Assembly: GCF_002854065.1 (NCBI RefSeq)
Contig: NZ_CP024147.1
Strand: one strand, 5' to 3'
DNA from: Escherichia coli
GTDB lineage: Bacteria > Pseudomonadota > Gammaproteobacteria > Enterobacterales > Enterobacteriaceae
DNA length: 64,000 nucleotides
The notes beneath the pieces are model-generated. The model worked only from the letters and a program-made list of their open reading frames with translations. It was not told the DNA's origin and made no database searches. Below are positions 33,256 through 44,571 of the stretch, piece after piece (positions within the stretch are counted from its first letter, which is position 1; every line of letters begins with the position of its first letter). The position numbers and the translations under genes were made by a program.

Positions 33256-34410
33256 ATGCCAGAAAATTACACCCCTGCTGCCGCCGCAACCGGTACATGG
33301 ACTGAAGAAGAGATCCGCCATCAGCCTCGCGCATGGATCCGTTCACTCACCAACATCGACGCGCTACGTTCCGCGCTCAATAACTTCCTTGAACCGTTAC
33401 TGCGCAAAGAGAATCTGCGGATCATCCTGACCGGAGCCGGAACCTCAGCATTTATCGGTGACATCATCGCACCGTGGCTCGCCAGCCATACCGGTAAAAA
33501 CTTCAGCGCTGTACCAACCACCGATCTGGTCACTAATCCGATGGACTACCTGAACCCAGCCCATCCGCTGCTGTTGATCTCCTTCGGTCGATCCGGCAAC
33601 AGCCCGGAAAGCGTCGCAGCCGTGGAACTGGCAAATCAATTTGTACCGGAATGCTATCACCTGCCGATTACCTGCAACGAAGCGGGCGCTCTTTACCAAA
33701 ACGCGATCAACAGCGATAACGCGTTTGCCCTGCTGATGCCCGCAGAAACGCACGATCGCGGCTTTGCGATGACCAGCAGCATTACCACCATGATGGCCAG
33801 CTGCCTCGCGGTTTTCGCACCTGAGACGATCAACAGCCAAACCTTCCGCGACGTGGCGGATCGTTGCCAGGCGATCCTGACCTCACTGGGCGATTTCAGC
33901 GAAGGTGTGTTTGGTTACGCACCATGGAAACGGATCGTTTATCTCGGCAGCGGTGGCTTACAGGGCGCAGCACGCGAGTCGGCGCTGAAAGTGCTGGAAC
34001 TGACGGCGGGTAAACTGGCGGCCTTTTATGATTCTCCAACCGGATTCCGTCATGGACCAAAATCGCTGGTCGATGACGAAACGCTGGTGGTGGTATTTGT
34101 CTCCAGCCACCCTTACACCCGTCAGTATGATCTTGATCTGCTGGCTGAACTCCGCCGTGACAACCAGGCAATGCGCGTAATCGCCATCGCCGCGGAAAGC
34201 AGCGACATCGTCGCTGCCGGTCCACATATTATCCTGCCACCGTCACGTCACTTTATCGACGTTGAGCAGGCATTTTGCTTCCTGATGTACGCCCAGACGT
34301 TTGCACTGATGCAGTCGCTGCACATGGGCAATACGCCGGATACCCCATCAGCCAGTGGCACCGTTAACCGCGTGGTGCAAGGCGTAATCATTCATCCATG
34401 GCAGGCATAA
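33256..34410 (+). CDS. agaS: SIS-domain sugar-phosphate isomerase/deaminase (galactosamine-6-phosphate)
   Basis: 384-aa ORF at the agaS position. Confidence 0.92.
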   Translation: MPENYTPAAAATGTWTEEEIRHQPRAWIRSLTNIDALRSALNNFLEPLLRKENLRIILTGAGTSAFIGDIIAPWLASHTGKNFSAVPTTDLVTNPMDYLNPAHPLLLISFGRSGNSPESVAAVELANQFVPECYHLPITCNEAGALYQNAINSDNAFALLMPAETHDRGFAMTSSITTMMASCLAVFAPETINSQTFRDVADRCQAILTSLGDFSEGVFGYAPWKRIVYLGSGGLQGAARESALKVLELTAGKLAAFYDSPTGFRHGPKSLVDDETLVVVFVSSHPYTRQYDLDLLAELRRDNQAMRVIAIAAESSDIVAAGPHIILPPSRHFIDVEQAFCFLMYAQTFALMQSLHMGNTPDTPSASGTVNRVVQGVIIHPWQA

Positions 34411-35283
<873 letters not shown>

Positions 35284-35449
35284 TCATTAGTTTTTTATGA
35301 TTTATCCCAATGTACTTCCCGATTAATATCGGGGAGTGCCTTAATGGAAAAGGAGATGACTAAACCTTAATAAATACATCAGTACAATATTGCAACAATA
35401 ATATATTTAAAAAAATTATATTATTCAACTTTATGGTGAGGATTACACA

Positions 35450-35926
35450 ATGAGCAGTCCAAATATTCTCTTAACCCGTATTGATAACCGTCTGGTTCAC
35501 GGTCAGGTTGGCGTGACCTGGACATCCACCATCGGTGCGAATCTGCTGGTAGTCGTGGATGATGTTGTCGCTAACGATGATATTCAACAGAAATTAATGG
35601 GTATTACCGCAGAAACCTACGGCTTTGGCATTCGTTTCTTTACTATCGAAAAAACCATTAACGTCATCGGCAAAGCTGCACCGCATCAGAAGATCTTCCT
35701 GATTTGCCGTACGCCACAAACGGTACGTAAATTGGTAGAAGGTGGCATTGACCTGAAAGATGTCAACGTCGGCAATATGCATTTCTCGGAAGGGAAAAAG
35801 CAAATCAGCAGTAAAGTTTATGTCGATGACCAGGATCTCACGGACTTACGTTTTATTAAACAACGTGGCGTGAATGTTTTCATTCAGGACGTCCCTGGCG
35901 ATCAAAAAGAACAAATCCCTGACTAA
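35450..35926 (+). CDS. agaB: PTS EIIB (galactosamine)
   Basis: 158-aa ORF with the same N-terminal RIDNRLVHGQVGV pattern as agaV. Confidence 0.92.
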   Translation: MSSPNILLTRIDNRLVHGQVGVTWTSTIGANLLVVVDDVVANDDIQQKLMGITAETYGFGIRFFTIEKTINVIGKAAPHQKIFLICRTPQTVRKLVEGGIDLKDVNVGNMHFSEGKKQISSKVYVDDQDLTDLRFIKQRGVNVFIQDVPGDQKEQIPD

Positions 35927-36140
35927 ATCTAAAATCGCCTTAATATTGGTTTGAGGTAATAAAAATGCATGAAATAACCCTACTTCAGGGATTATCCCTG
36001 GCGGCGTTAGTTTTCGTTCTGGGGATTGATTTTTGGCTGGAAGCCTTATTTTTATTCCGCCCGATAATCGTTTGTACCCTAACTGGGTGATGCTGCCAAC
36101 TTACTGATTTAGTGTATGATGGTGTTTTTGAGGTGCTCCA

Positions 36141-36416
36141 GTGGCTTCTGTTTCTATCAGCTGTCCCTCCTGTTCAGCTACTGACGGGGTGGTGCGTAAC
36201 GGCAAAAGCACCGCCGGACATCAGCGCTATCTCTGCTCTCACTGCCGTAAAACATGGCAACTGCAGTTCACTTACACCGCTTCTCAACCCGGTACGCACC
36301 AGAAAATCATTGATATGGCCATGAATGGCGTTGGATGCCGGGCAACTGCCCGCATTATGGGCGTTGGCCTCAACACGATTTTACGTCACTTAAAAAACTC
36401 AGGCCGCAGTCGGTAA
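36141..36416 (+). CDS. insA: IS1 InsA
   Basis: 91-aa [46 protein letters not shown]..., matching IS1 InsA from memory. Confidence 0.9.
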
Positions 36417-36838
36417 CCTCGCGCATACAGCCGGGCAGTGACGTCATCGTCTGCGCGGAAATGGACGAACAGTGGGGCTATGTCGGGGCTAAATCGCGCC
36501 AGCGCTGGCTGTTTTACGCGTATGACAGTCTCCGGAAGACGGTTGTTGCGCACGTATTCGGTGAACGCACTATGGCGACGCTGGGGCGTCTTATGAGCCT
36601 GCTGTCACCCTTTGACGTGGTGATATGGATGACGGATGGCTGGCCGCTGTATGAATCCCGCCTGAAGGGAAAGCTGCACGTAATCAGCAAGCGATATACG
36701 CAGCGAATTGAGCGGCATAACCTGAATCTGAGGCAGCACCTGGCACGGCTGGGACGGAAGTCGCTGTCGTTCTCAAAATCGGTGGAGCTGCATGACAAAG
36801 TCATCGGGCATTATCTGAACATAAAACACTATCAATAA
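36335..36838 (+). CDS. insB: IS1 InsB (made as InsAB fusion by -1 frameshift)
   Basis: 167-aa ORF in the -1 frame relative to insA; slippery motif TTAAAAAAC at 36390..36398. Confidence 0.85.
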
Positions 36839-37534
36839 GTTGGAGTCATTACCCCCTAACTGGCGCTATTCTCGGTGATATTCAGACTGGCTTAATTACC
36901 GGTGGTCTGACAGAGTTGGCTTTCGCCGGATTAACCCCTGCAGGTGGTGTTCAGCCGCCCAACCCGATTATGGCGGGTCTGATGACCACCGTCATTGCAT
37001 GGTCTACGGGCGTTGATGCCAAAACAGCAATTGGTCTTGGCCTGCCGTTTAGTTTGTTAATGCAGTACGTCATTCTGTTCTTCTATTCCGCTTTCTCATT
37101 ATTTATGACCAAAGCCGATAAATGCGCGAAAGAGGCGGATACGGCAGCGTTTTCCCGACTTAACTGGACAACGATGCTCATCGTCGCTTCAGCGTATGCG
37201 GTGATTGCTTTCCTCTGTACTTACCTGGCACAAGGGGCGATGCAGGCGCTGGTGAAAGCGATGCCCGCCTGGTTGACCCACGGCTTTGAAGTGGCTGGCG
37301 GTATTCTGCCTGCCGTTGGTTTTGGCTTGCTGCTGCGCGTGATGTTCAAAGCACAATATATCCCTTACCTGATCGCCGGCTTTCTGTTTGTTTGCTACAT
37401 CCAGGTCAGCAACCTGTTGCCGGTTGCCGTACTGGGCGCAGGCTTTGCGGTGTATGAGTTTTTCAATGCGAAATCCCGGCAGCAAGCGCAACCGCAGCCC
37501 GTTGCCAGTAAAAATGAAGAAGAGGACTACAGCA

Positions 37535-38326
37535 ATGGGATCTGAAATCAGTAAAAAAGATATCACCCGTCTGGGCTTTCGTTCGTCGCTGCTGCAAGCG
37601 AGCTTTAACTACGAAAGGATGCAGGCGGGCGGTTTTACCTGGGCGATGTTGCCGATCCTGAAAAAGATTTATAAGGATGACAAACCGGGCCTAAGCGCAG
37701 CGATGAAAGATAACCTCGAATTTATTAATACCCACCCGAATCTGGTCGGATTCCTGATGGGGTTATTAATTTCGATGGAAGAAAAAGGAGAAAACCGCGA
37801 CACCATTAAAGGCCTCAAAGTGGCACTGTTTGGCCCAATCGCCGGGATTGGCGATGCGATTTTCTGGTTTACTTTGTTGCCGATTATGGCGGGAATTTGC
37901 TCATCATTTGCCAGCCAGGGAAACCTGCTGGGGCCGATTCTATTTTTCGCCGTTTACCTGCTTATCTTTTTCCTGCGCGTCGGCTGGACCCACGTCGGTT
38001 ATTCAGTCGGCGTGAAGGCGATCGATAAAGTGCGAGAGAACTCGCAGATGATTGCTCGCTCGGCAACCATCCTCGGGATCACGGTAATCGGCGGGCTGAT
38101 CGCTTCGTATGTGCATATTAACGTGGTGACATCGTTTGCCATCGACAGTACCCACAGCGTTGCGCTGCAGCAGGATTTCTTCGATAAAGTCTTCCCGAAC
38201 ATTTTACCGATGGCCTACACCCTGCTGATGTATTACTTCCTGCGGGTGAAAAAAGCGCATCCGGTGCTGTTAATCGGCGTGACTTTTGTGCTCTCTATTG
38301 TTTGTTCCGCATTCGGCATTTTGTAA
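37535..38326 (+). CDS. agaD: PTS EIID (galactosamine)
   Basis: Track ORF from 37388; start set to ATG 37535 (MGSEISKKDITRLGF) giving 263 aa; overlaps the agaC stop. Confidence 0.92.
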   Translation: MGSEISKKDITRLGFRSSLLQASFNYERMQAGGFTWAMLPILKKIYKDDKPGLSAAMKDNLEFINTHPNLVGFLMGLLISMEEKGENRDTIKGLKVALFGPIAGIGDAIFWFTLLPIMAGICSSFASQGNLLGPILFFAVYLLIFFLRVGWTHVGYSVGVKAIDKVRENSQMIARSATILGITVIGGLIASYVHINVVTSFAIDSTHSVALQQDFFDKVFPNILPMAYTLLMYYFLRVKKAHPVLLIGVTFVLSIVCSAFGIL

Positions 38327-39094
38327 ATGGAACGAGGCACTGCGTCTGGCGGTGCCTCTTTACTTAAGGAATTTCATCCTGTGCAAACCCTTCAGCAAGT
38401 TGAAAACTATACGGCGTTAAGTGAACGTGCCAGCGAATATTTATTGGCCGTGATCCGTAGCAAACCGGATGCCGTGATTTGCCTGGCGACCGGAGCCACG
38501 CCATTACTGACGTATCATTATCTGGTAGAAAAAATCCACCAGCAGCAGGTTGATGTCAGCCAGCTGACCTTCGTCAAGCTCGACGAATGGGTGGATCTGC
38601 CATTAACTATGCCTGGCACCTGCGAAACTTTCCTGCAACAGCATATCGTGCAGCCGCTGGGGCTACGTGAAGACCAGCTCATCAGCTTTCGCTCCGAAGA
38701 GATAAATGAGACAGAGTGCGAACGGGTAACGAACCTGATTGCGCGCAAAGGCGGTCTGGATTTATGCGTTCTCGGATTGGGGAAAAACGGTCATCTTGGG
38801 CTGAACGAACCGGGAGAAAACCTGCAACCGGCCTGCCATATCAGTCAACTTGATGCCAGAACACAGCAACATGAGATGTTAAAAACCGCGGGTCGCCCCG
38901 TGACTCGTGGGATCACCTTAGGCCTGAAGGATATTCTCAATGCCCGCGAGGTTTTGTTACTGGTGACTGGCGAAGGAAAGCAGGATGCGACAGAACGTTT
39001 TCTCACGGCTAAAGTCTCCACCGCTATCCCGGCTTCGTTTTTATGGCTGCATAACCATTTCACATGCGTGATTGATGAGATGTGTCGTCGTTAA
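38327..39094 (+). CDS. agaI: Galactosamine-6-phosphate deaminase/isomerase (NagB-like)
   Basis: 255-aa ORF; the extreme C-terminus may differ from the K-12 protein I recall. Confidence 0.88.
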   Translation: MERGTASGGASLLKEFHPVQTLQQVENYTALSERASEYLLAVIRSKPDAVICLATGATPLLTYHYLVEKIHQQQVDVSQLTFVKLDEWVDLPLTMPGTCETFLQQHIVQPLGLREDQLISFRSEEINETECERVTNLIARKGGLDLCVLGLGKNGHLGLNEPGENLQPACHISQLDARTQQHEMLKTAGRPVTRGITLGLKDILNAREVLLLVTGEGKQDATERFLTAKVSTAIPASFLWLHNHFTCVIDEMCRR

Positions 39095-39217
39095 CATCCC
39101 CCTTAGCCCGGAAAAATAAGAAAAGTGCTCATGAGTTTTGAGCACTTCGTTCCGGTTCAGTATGAACGTCCTCCGTTATTATGCCATCACAATGTAAACC
39201 TAAAGGTTGACAAAAAG

Positions 39218-39577
39218 ATGGTGAAAAATCAGACTAACAAAAAACGTGATAAAAATCTTCCAGTCATGCTGTTAAGTGTGGCCAGAAAGGAATTGTTTGA
39301 TCTTAGTGCAATCGATCGAGCGGAATTCATTGCTGCTATTGACGATTTCGAAGAGTTAGGTCCCTGCTCTTCCCTGGTGAATACCGAAAAAGTTCAAGGG
39401 GATATGTATGAAATTAAAACACATAGTCAGAGCCATTGGTTAAGGGGTTTTTATTTTCACTTTCATCAAGGGCTATGGGTCATCACACATATCTTTGCTA
39501 AAAAAACGAACAAAACGCCTAAAGCCAACATCGAGTTAGGTTTAGCACGTTATAAGGCCTTACTTTCGACAAACTAA
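39218..39577 (+). CDS. Putative type II toxin, RelE/ParE superfamily (Gp49/HigB-like)
   Basis: Track ORF 39125..39577 (GTG start inside a hairpin); likely start ATG 39218 (119 aa) or 39266 (103 aa); C-terminal motif WVITHIFAKKTNKTPKANIELGLARYK resembles the phage Gp49/HigB-like toxin family; about 38% GC by eye. Confidence 0.55.
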   Translation: MVKNQTNKKRDKNLPVMLLSVARKELFDLSAIDRAEFIAAIDDFEELGPCSSLVNTEKVQGDMYEIKTHSQSHWLRGFYFHFHQGLWVITHIFAKKTNKTPKANIELGLARYKALLSTN

Positions 39578-39600
39578 GCAAGCTTCCAGGAGAAATAGAA

Positions 39601-39903
39601 ATGAAGAAAAATAACGAGTTACATCACTGGGAAGACGTGAAAACAGAATTACTTAAGGACGAAGCAACCGCTAATGCTCTTGATGTTGTTGTACAACGCA
39701 AAGCGGTTCTTTCCCAACTCGTGGAAAAACGCAAAGCCCTCAATCTGAGCCAAACTGCCGTGGCGAAGCAACTTGGTGTTACCCGACAAGCGGTGAGTAA
39801 ATTTGAAAAAGGAGAAAGTTCACCAACATTAGATGTTGTTTTTAGCTATGCAAATGCTATCGGCATCGATCTGTTCGGCTCACTAAAAAGACTGATTGTT
39901 TAG
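39601..39903 (+). CDS. Putative antitoxin, XRE-family helix-turn-helix DNA-binding protein
   Basis: 100-aa ORF 24 bp downstream of the toxin with AGGAG-type ribosome-binding site; helix-turn-helix LSQTAVAKQLGVTRQAVSKFEKGESSPTLD. Confidence 0.6.
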   Translation: MKKNNELHHWEDVKTELLKDEATANALDVVVQRKAVLSQLVEKRKALNLSQTAVAKQLGVTRQAVSKFEKGESSPTLDVVFSYANAIGIDLFGSLKRLIV

Positions 39904-39945
39904 CAGGCGGCCCCAGGGTTCTTCAAACGGGGCCACGGAGAGATA

Positions 39946-40809
39946 TCACTCTCCCTGCTGCTCCAGCGCATACTTATACAGCGCATTTTTCTTCACGCCG
40001 TGAATTTCTGCGGCCAGCGCCGCCGCTTTTTTCAGCGGCAGTTCTGCCTGTAGCAGCGCCAGCGTGCGCAGGGCATCGGCGGGTAAGTCTTCTTCCTGTG
40101 CTTTATGACCTTCGACAATCAGCACCATTTCGCCTTTGCGGCGGTTTTCATCTTCCTTTACCCACGCCAGCAGCTCGCCAACGGGCGCGCCGTGAATGGT
40201 TTCCCAGGTTTTGGTTAGCTCACGCGCCAGAACCACATAACGGGATTCGCCTAATACCGCAACGATATCTTCCAGGCTATCTAACAGACGGTGGGTAGAT
40301 TCATAAAAAATCAGCGTGCGCGGCTCCGCTTCAATGGCTTTTAGCGCATCACGGCGGCCTTTTGATTTGGCAGGTAAAAAGCCTTCGTAACAGAAACGGT
40401 CAGAGGGTAAACCTGCGGCGCTTAACGCAGTGATAGCAGCACACGGCCCGGGTAGCGGCACCACGCGAATCCCCGCTTCACGGCAGGTACGCACCAGATG
40501 GTAGCCAGGATCGTTAATTAGCGGCGTTCCGGCATCGGAAACCAGCGCAATGTTTTGCCCCTCTTGCAGCTTCGCCAGCAGCGTTTCGGCTTTTTGTTGT
40601 TCGTTATGGTCGTGCAGTGCAAACAACCGGGCATTAATCCCAAAATGTTGCAGCAATAAACCGGTGTGACGAGTATCCTCGGCGGCAATCAGATCAACGG
40701 CCTGTAATACCTCTAACGCACGCTGGGTGATATCCGCCAGATTGCCGATTGGCGTCGGTACAATGTAAAGCTGGCCCTGAGAATTATCCGCCGATTGGTG
40801 TTGTTTCAT
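39946..40809 (-). CDS. rsmI: 16S rRNA 2-prime-O-ribose C1402 methyltransferase
   Basis: 287-codon ORF beginning [28 protein letters not shown]. Confidence 0.93.
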
Positions 40810-40873
40810 TGTGTCGTCCGTATTGCCGATTTAATATTGAGCATTGCGTAAAAAAAATATCACTGGATACATT

Positions 40874-42910
40874 ATGGTACCCTCAACATTTTCTCGTTTG
40901 AAAGCCGCGCGTTGTCTGCCTGTTGTTCTGGCAGCCCTGATTTTCGCCGGTTGTGGCACCCATACTCCCGATCAGTCCACTGCTTATATGCAGGGCACGG
41001 CGCAGGCTGATTCTGCCTTTTATCTTCAGCAGATGCAGCAAAGCTCTGATGATACCAGGATCAACTGGCAATTACTCGCCATTCGTGCACTGGTGAAAGA
41101 AGGTAAAACCGGGCAGGCGGTTGAGTTGTTTAACCAACTACCGCAAGAACTGAATGATTCTCAGCGTCGCGAGAAAACACTGCTGGCGGTAGAGATTAAA
41201 CTGGCGCAGAAAGATTTTGCTGGCGCGCAAAACTTGCTGGCGAAAATTACACCCGCCGATTTAGAACAAAACCAGCAAGCCCGTTACTGGCAGGCAAAAA
41301 TCGATGCCAGCCAGGGGCGTCCTTCCATTGATTTACTGCGCGCGTTAATTGCTCAGGAACCGCTGCTTGGCGCGAAAGAAAAACAGCAGAATATTGATGC
41401 CACCTGGCAGGCGCTCTCCTCCATGACTCAGGAGCAGGCGAATACGCTGGTGATCAACGCCGACGAAAATATTCTGCAAGGCTGGCTGGATCTGCAGCGC
41501 GTCTGGTTTGATAACCGTAACGATCCCGACATGATGAAAGCCGGGATCGCCGACTGGCAGAAACGTTATCCGAACAACCCGGGCGCGAAAATGCTGCCAA
41601 CGCAGTTGGTTAACGTAAAAGCGTTTAAACCAGCCTCGACCAACAAAATCGCCCTGCTGTTGCCACTGAATGGCCAGGCAGCGGTATTTGGTCGCACTAT
41701 TCAGCAAGGCTTTGAAGCGGCGAAAAATATCGGCACTCAGCCAGTGGCAGCTCAGGTAGCTGCCGCACCTGCCGCAGACGTAGCAGAACAACCTCAACCG
41801 CAAACCGTGGATGGCGTTGCCAGCCCGGCACAAGCCTCGGTTAGCGATCTGACCGGTGAACAGCCTGCAGCCCAGCCGGTGCCTGTAAGCGCCCCGGCGA
41901 CAAGCACCGCAGCGGTAAGCGCACCCGCAAATCCATCCGCAGAGCTGAAAATCTACGATACCTCATCACAACCACTTAGCCAGATCTTAAGCCAGGTTCA
42001 GCAGGATGGCGCGAGTATTGTGGTCGGTCCGTTGCTGAAAAATAACGTTGAAGAGTTGCTGAAGAGCAACACTCCGCTGAACGTACTGGCACTGAACCAG
42101 CCGGAGAATATCGAAAATCGCGTCAATATTTGTTACTTCGCGCTTTCACCGGAAGACGAAGCGCGCGATGCAGCGCGTCATATTCGTGACCAGGGTAAAC
42201 AAGCGCCGCTGGTGCTGATCCCACGCAGTTCATTGGGCGATCGCGTAGCCAATGCGTTTGCGCAAGAGTGGCAGAAACTGGGCGGCGGCACCGTTCTGCA
42301 ACAAAAATTTGGTTCCACCAGCGAATTACGCGCGGGTGTTAACGGCGGTTCTGGTATCGCTTTAACGGGTACCCCGATTACTCTCAGAGCGACAACCGAC
42401 TCCGGCATGACGACCAACAATCCAACGCTGCAAACCACGCCAACCGATGACCAGTTCACCAATAATGGCGGTCGTGTCGATGCGGTGTACATTGTGGCAA
42501 CGCCGGGTGAAATCGCTTTTATCAAACCGATGATCGCCATGCGTAACGGTAGCCAGAGCGGTGCAACGCTGTACGCCAGCTCCCGCAGTGCGCAAGGGAC
42601 CGCTGGCCCGGATTTCCGACTGGAGATGGAAGGCTTGCAGTACAGCGAAATCCCGATGCTGGCAGGCGGTAATCTGCCGTTAATGCAGCAGGCGCTCAGC
42701 GCGGTGAACAACGATTATTCGCTGGCTCGCATGTATGCGATGGGCGTTGATGCCTGGTCGTTGGCAAATCATTTCTCACAAATGCGCCAGGTTCAGGGTT
42801 TTGAAATCAACGGTAATACCGGAAGCCTGACGGCTAACCCGGATTGCGTGATTAACAGGAAGTTATCATGGCTACAGTACCAACAAGGTCAGGTAGTCCC
42901 CGCCAGTTAA
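40874..42910 (+). CDS. lpoA: Penicillin-binding protein 1A activator lipoprotein
   Basis: Track ORF from 40844; start set to ATG 40874 ([28 protein letters not shown], lipobox) giving 678 aa. Confidence 0.93.
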   Translation: MVPSTFSRLKAARCLPVVLAALIFAGCGTHTPDQSTAYMQGTAQADSAFYLQQMQQSSDDTRINWQLLAIRALVKEGKTGQAVELFNQLPQELNDSQRREKTLLAVEIKLAQKDFAGAQNLLAKITPADLEQNQQARYWQAKIDASQGRPSIDLLRALIAQEPLLGAKEKQQNIDATWQALSSMTQEQANTLVINADENILQGWLDLQRVWFDNRNDPDMMKAGIADWQKRYPNNPGAKMLPTQLVNVKAFKPASTNKIALLLPLNGQAAVFGRTIQQGFEAAKNIGTQPVAAQVAAAPAADVAEQPQPQTVDGVASPAQASVSDLTGEQPAAQPVPVSAPATSTAAVSAPANPSAELKIYDTSSQPLSQILSQVQQDGASIVVGPLLKNNVEELLKSNTPLNVLALNQPENIENRVNICYFALSPEDEARDAARHIRDQGKQAPLVLIPRSSLGDRVANAFAQEWQKLGGGTVLQQKFGSTSELRAGVNGGSGIALTGTPITLRATTDSGMTTNNPTLQTTPTDDQFTNNGGRVDAVYIVATPGEIAFIKPMIAMRNGSQSGATLYASSRSAQGTAGPDFRLEMEGLQYSEIPMLAGGNLPLMQQALSAVNNDYSLARMYAMGVDAWSLANHFSQMRQVQGFEINGNTGSLTANPDCVINRKLSWLQYQQGQVVPAS

Positions 42911-43263
42911 CCACCAAACAGACCGGCGATGCGTGGGAAGTACAAGCGCGTCGCTGGCTGGAAGGCAAAGGACTGCGATTTGTCGCCGCTAACGTGAACG
43001 AGCGTGGCGGCGAGATCGATCTGATAATGCGTGAAGGCCGGACCACCGTTTTTGTCGAGGTGCGTTACCGCCGTTCTGCGCTTTATGGCGGCGCGGCAGC
43101 CAGTGTGACCTGCAGCAAACAACACAAATTATTACAGACTGCCCGCTTGTGGCTCGCGCGTCATAATGGGAGTTTTGATACTGTGGATTGCCGGTTCGAT
43201 GTGGTAGCCTTCACCGGGAATGAGGTTGAGTGGATTAAGGATGCCTTTAATGACCACTCATAA
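42868..43263 (+). CDS. yraN: UPF0102 family protein
   Basis: 131-aa ORF overlapping the lpoA 3-prime end by 43 nt in another frame. Confidence 0.88.
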   Translation: MATVPTRSGSPRQLTTKQTGDAWEVQARRWLEGKGLRFVAANVNERGGEIDLIMREGRTTVFVEVRYRRSALYGGAAASVTCSKQHKLLQTARLWLARHNGSFDTVDCRFDVVAFTGNEVEWIKDAFNDHS

Positions 43264-43282
43264 TTAAGGTTTAAGGATTAGC

Positions 43283-43873
43283 GTGCAAGAAAGAATTAAA
43301 GCTTGCTTCACTGAAAGCATTCAAACTCAAATTGCGGCGGCAGAGGCGCTTCCGGATGCCATCTCCCGTGCGGCCATGACGCTGGTTCAGTCTCTGCTCA
43401 ATGGCAACAAAATCCTCTGTTGTGGTAATGGAACTTCCGCTGCCAATGCACAGCATTTTGCTGCCAGCATGATCAACCGTTTCGAAACGGAGCGGCCCAG
43501 CTTACCTGCCATTGCACTAAATACTGATAATGTTGTCTTAACGGCGATTGCCAACGATCGCTTACATGATGAAGTGTATGCAAAACAGGTGCGGGCGCTG
43601 GGTCATGCGGGAGATGTATTGTTAGCCATTTCCACCCGTGGCAACAGCCGCGATATTGTAAAAGCGGTAGAAGCTGCCGTTACGCGTGATATGACCATTG
43701 TGGCATTAACCGGCTATGACGGCGGTGAACTTGCAGGTTTGTTAGGGCCACAGGATGTGGAAATCCGCATTCCTTCGCATCGTAGTGCTCGCATTCAGGA
43801 AATGCATATGCTGACGGTAAATTGCCTGTGCGATCTGATCGATAACACGCTTTTCCCTCACCAGGATGATTAA
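43283..43873 (+). CDS. diaA: DnaA initiator-associating protein (SIS domain)
   Basis: 196-aa ORF with GTG start ([16 protein letters not shown]...). Confidence 0.93.
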
Positions 43874-43882
43874 GGAGAATAC

Positions 43883-44458
43883 ATGAAGGCATTATCGCCA
43901 ATCGCAGTCCTTATTTCCGCGCTGCTGTTGCAAGGTTGTGTTGCCGCTGCCGTAGTGGGTACTGCTGCTGTGGGTACCAAAGCCGCAACTGACCCACGCA
44001 GTGTCGGCACCCAGGTGGACGATGGTACCCTGGAAGTGCGCGTGAACAGCGCATTGTCGAAAGACGAACAGATTAAGAAAGAAGCGCGTATTAATGTAAC
44101 GGCCTATCAGGGCAAAGTGCTGCTGGTTGGGCAGTCACCAAACGCTGAACTTTCGGCTCGCGCCAAACAGATTGCTATGGGCGTAGACGGTGCCAACGAA
44201 GTGTATAACGAGATTCGTCAGGGCCAGCCGATTGGTCTGGGCGAAGCGTCTAACGATACGTGGATCACCACCAAAGTGCGTTCGCAGCTCTTAACCAGCG
44301 ACCTGGTGAAATCGTCCAACGTGAAAGTGACCACCGAAAACGGTGAAGTGTTCCTGATGGGGCTGGTGACTGAACGTGAAGCGAAAGCGGCGGCAGATAT
44401 TGCCAGCCGGGTGAGCGGCGTGAAGCGAGTAACTACGGCGTTTACGTTTATTAAATAG
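43883..44458 (+). CDS. dolP: Outer membrane lipoprotein with BON domains
   Basis: 191-aa ORF with lipobox LLLQGC. Confidence 0.93.
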   Translation: MKALSPIAVLISALLLQGCVAAAVVGTAAVGTKAATDPRSVGTQVDDGTLEVRVNSALSKDEQIKKEARINVTAYQGKVLLVGQSPNAELSARAKQIAMGVDGANEVYNEIRQGQPIGLGEASNDTWITTKVRSQLLTSDLVKSSNVKVTTENGEVFLMGLVTEREAKAAADIASRVSGVKRVTTAFTFIK

Positions 44459-44470
44459 CAGCCCCTTGTA

Positions 44471-44547
44471 ATGCCTGATGCGACGCTTGCCGCGTCTTAT
44501 CAGGCCTACAACGATGCAAACCGTAGGTCGGATAAGGCGTTTACGCC
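44471..44547. repeat. REP elements
   Basis: ATGCCTGATGCGACGCTTGCCGCGTCTTATCAGGCCTAC and GTAGGTCGGATAAGGCGTTTACGCCGCATCCGACATG. Confidence 0.65.
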
Positions 44548-44571
44548 GCATCCGACATGTTTTCCCTCAAA

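Larger units (their letters stand above)
36086..36853 (+). mobile_element. IS1 insertion sequence (768 bp)
   Basis: Terminal inverted repeats beginning GGTGATGCTGCCAACTTACTGAT and ending ...GTTGGAGTCATTACC; insA and insB ORFs; 9-bp direct repeat CCCTAACTG at 36077..36085 and 36854..36862. Confidence 0.95.
35965..37545 (+). pseudogene. agaC: PTS EIIC (galactosamine) disrupted by IS1
   Basis: 5-prime part 35965..36085 (MHEITLLQGL...IIVCTLTG) and 3-prime part 36854..37545 are separated by IS1; the first fragment hits TGA three codons into the IS1 left end. Confidence 0.85.

Noticed and set aside
39125-39217. 150-aa version of the toxin ORF starting at GTG 39125
   Set aside because: That start sits inside a 9-bp-stem hairpin right after the agaI stop with no ribosome-binding site; family members are about 100-120 aa, so an internal ATG is more plausible.
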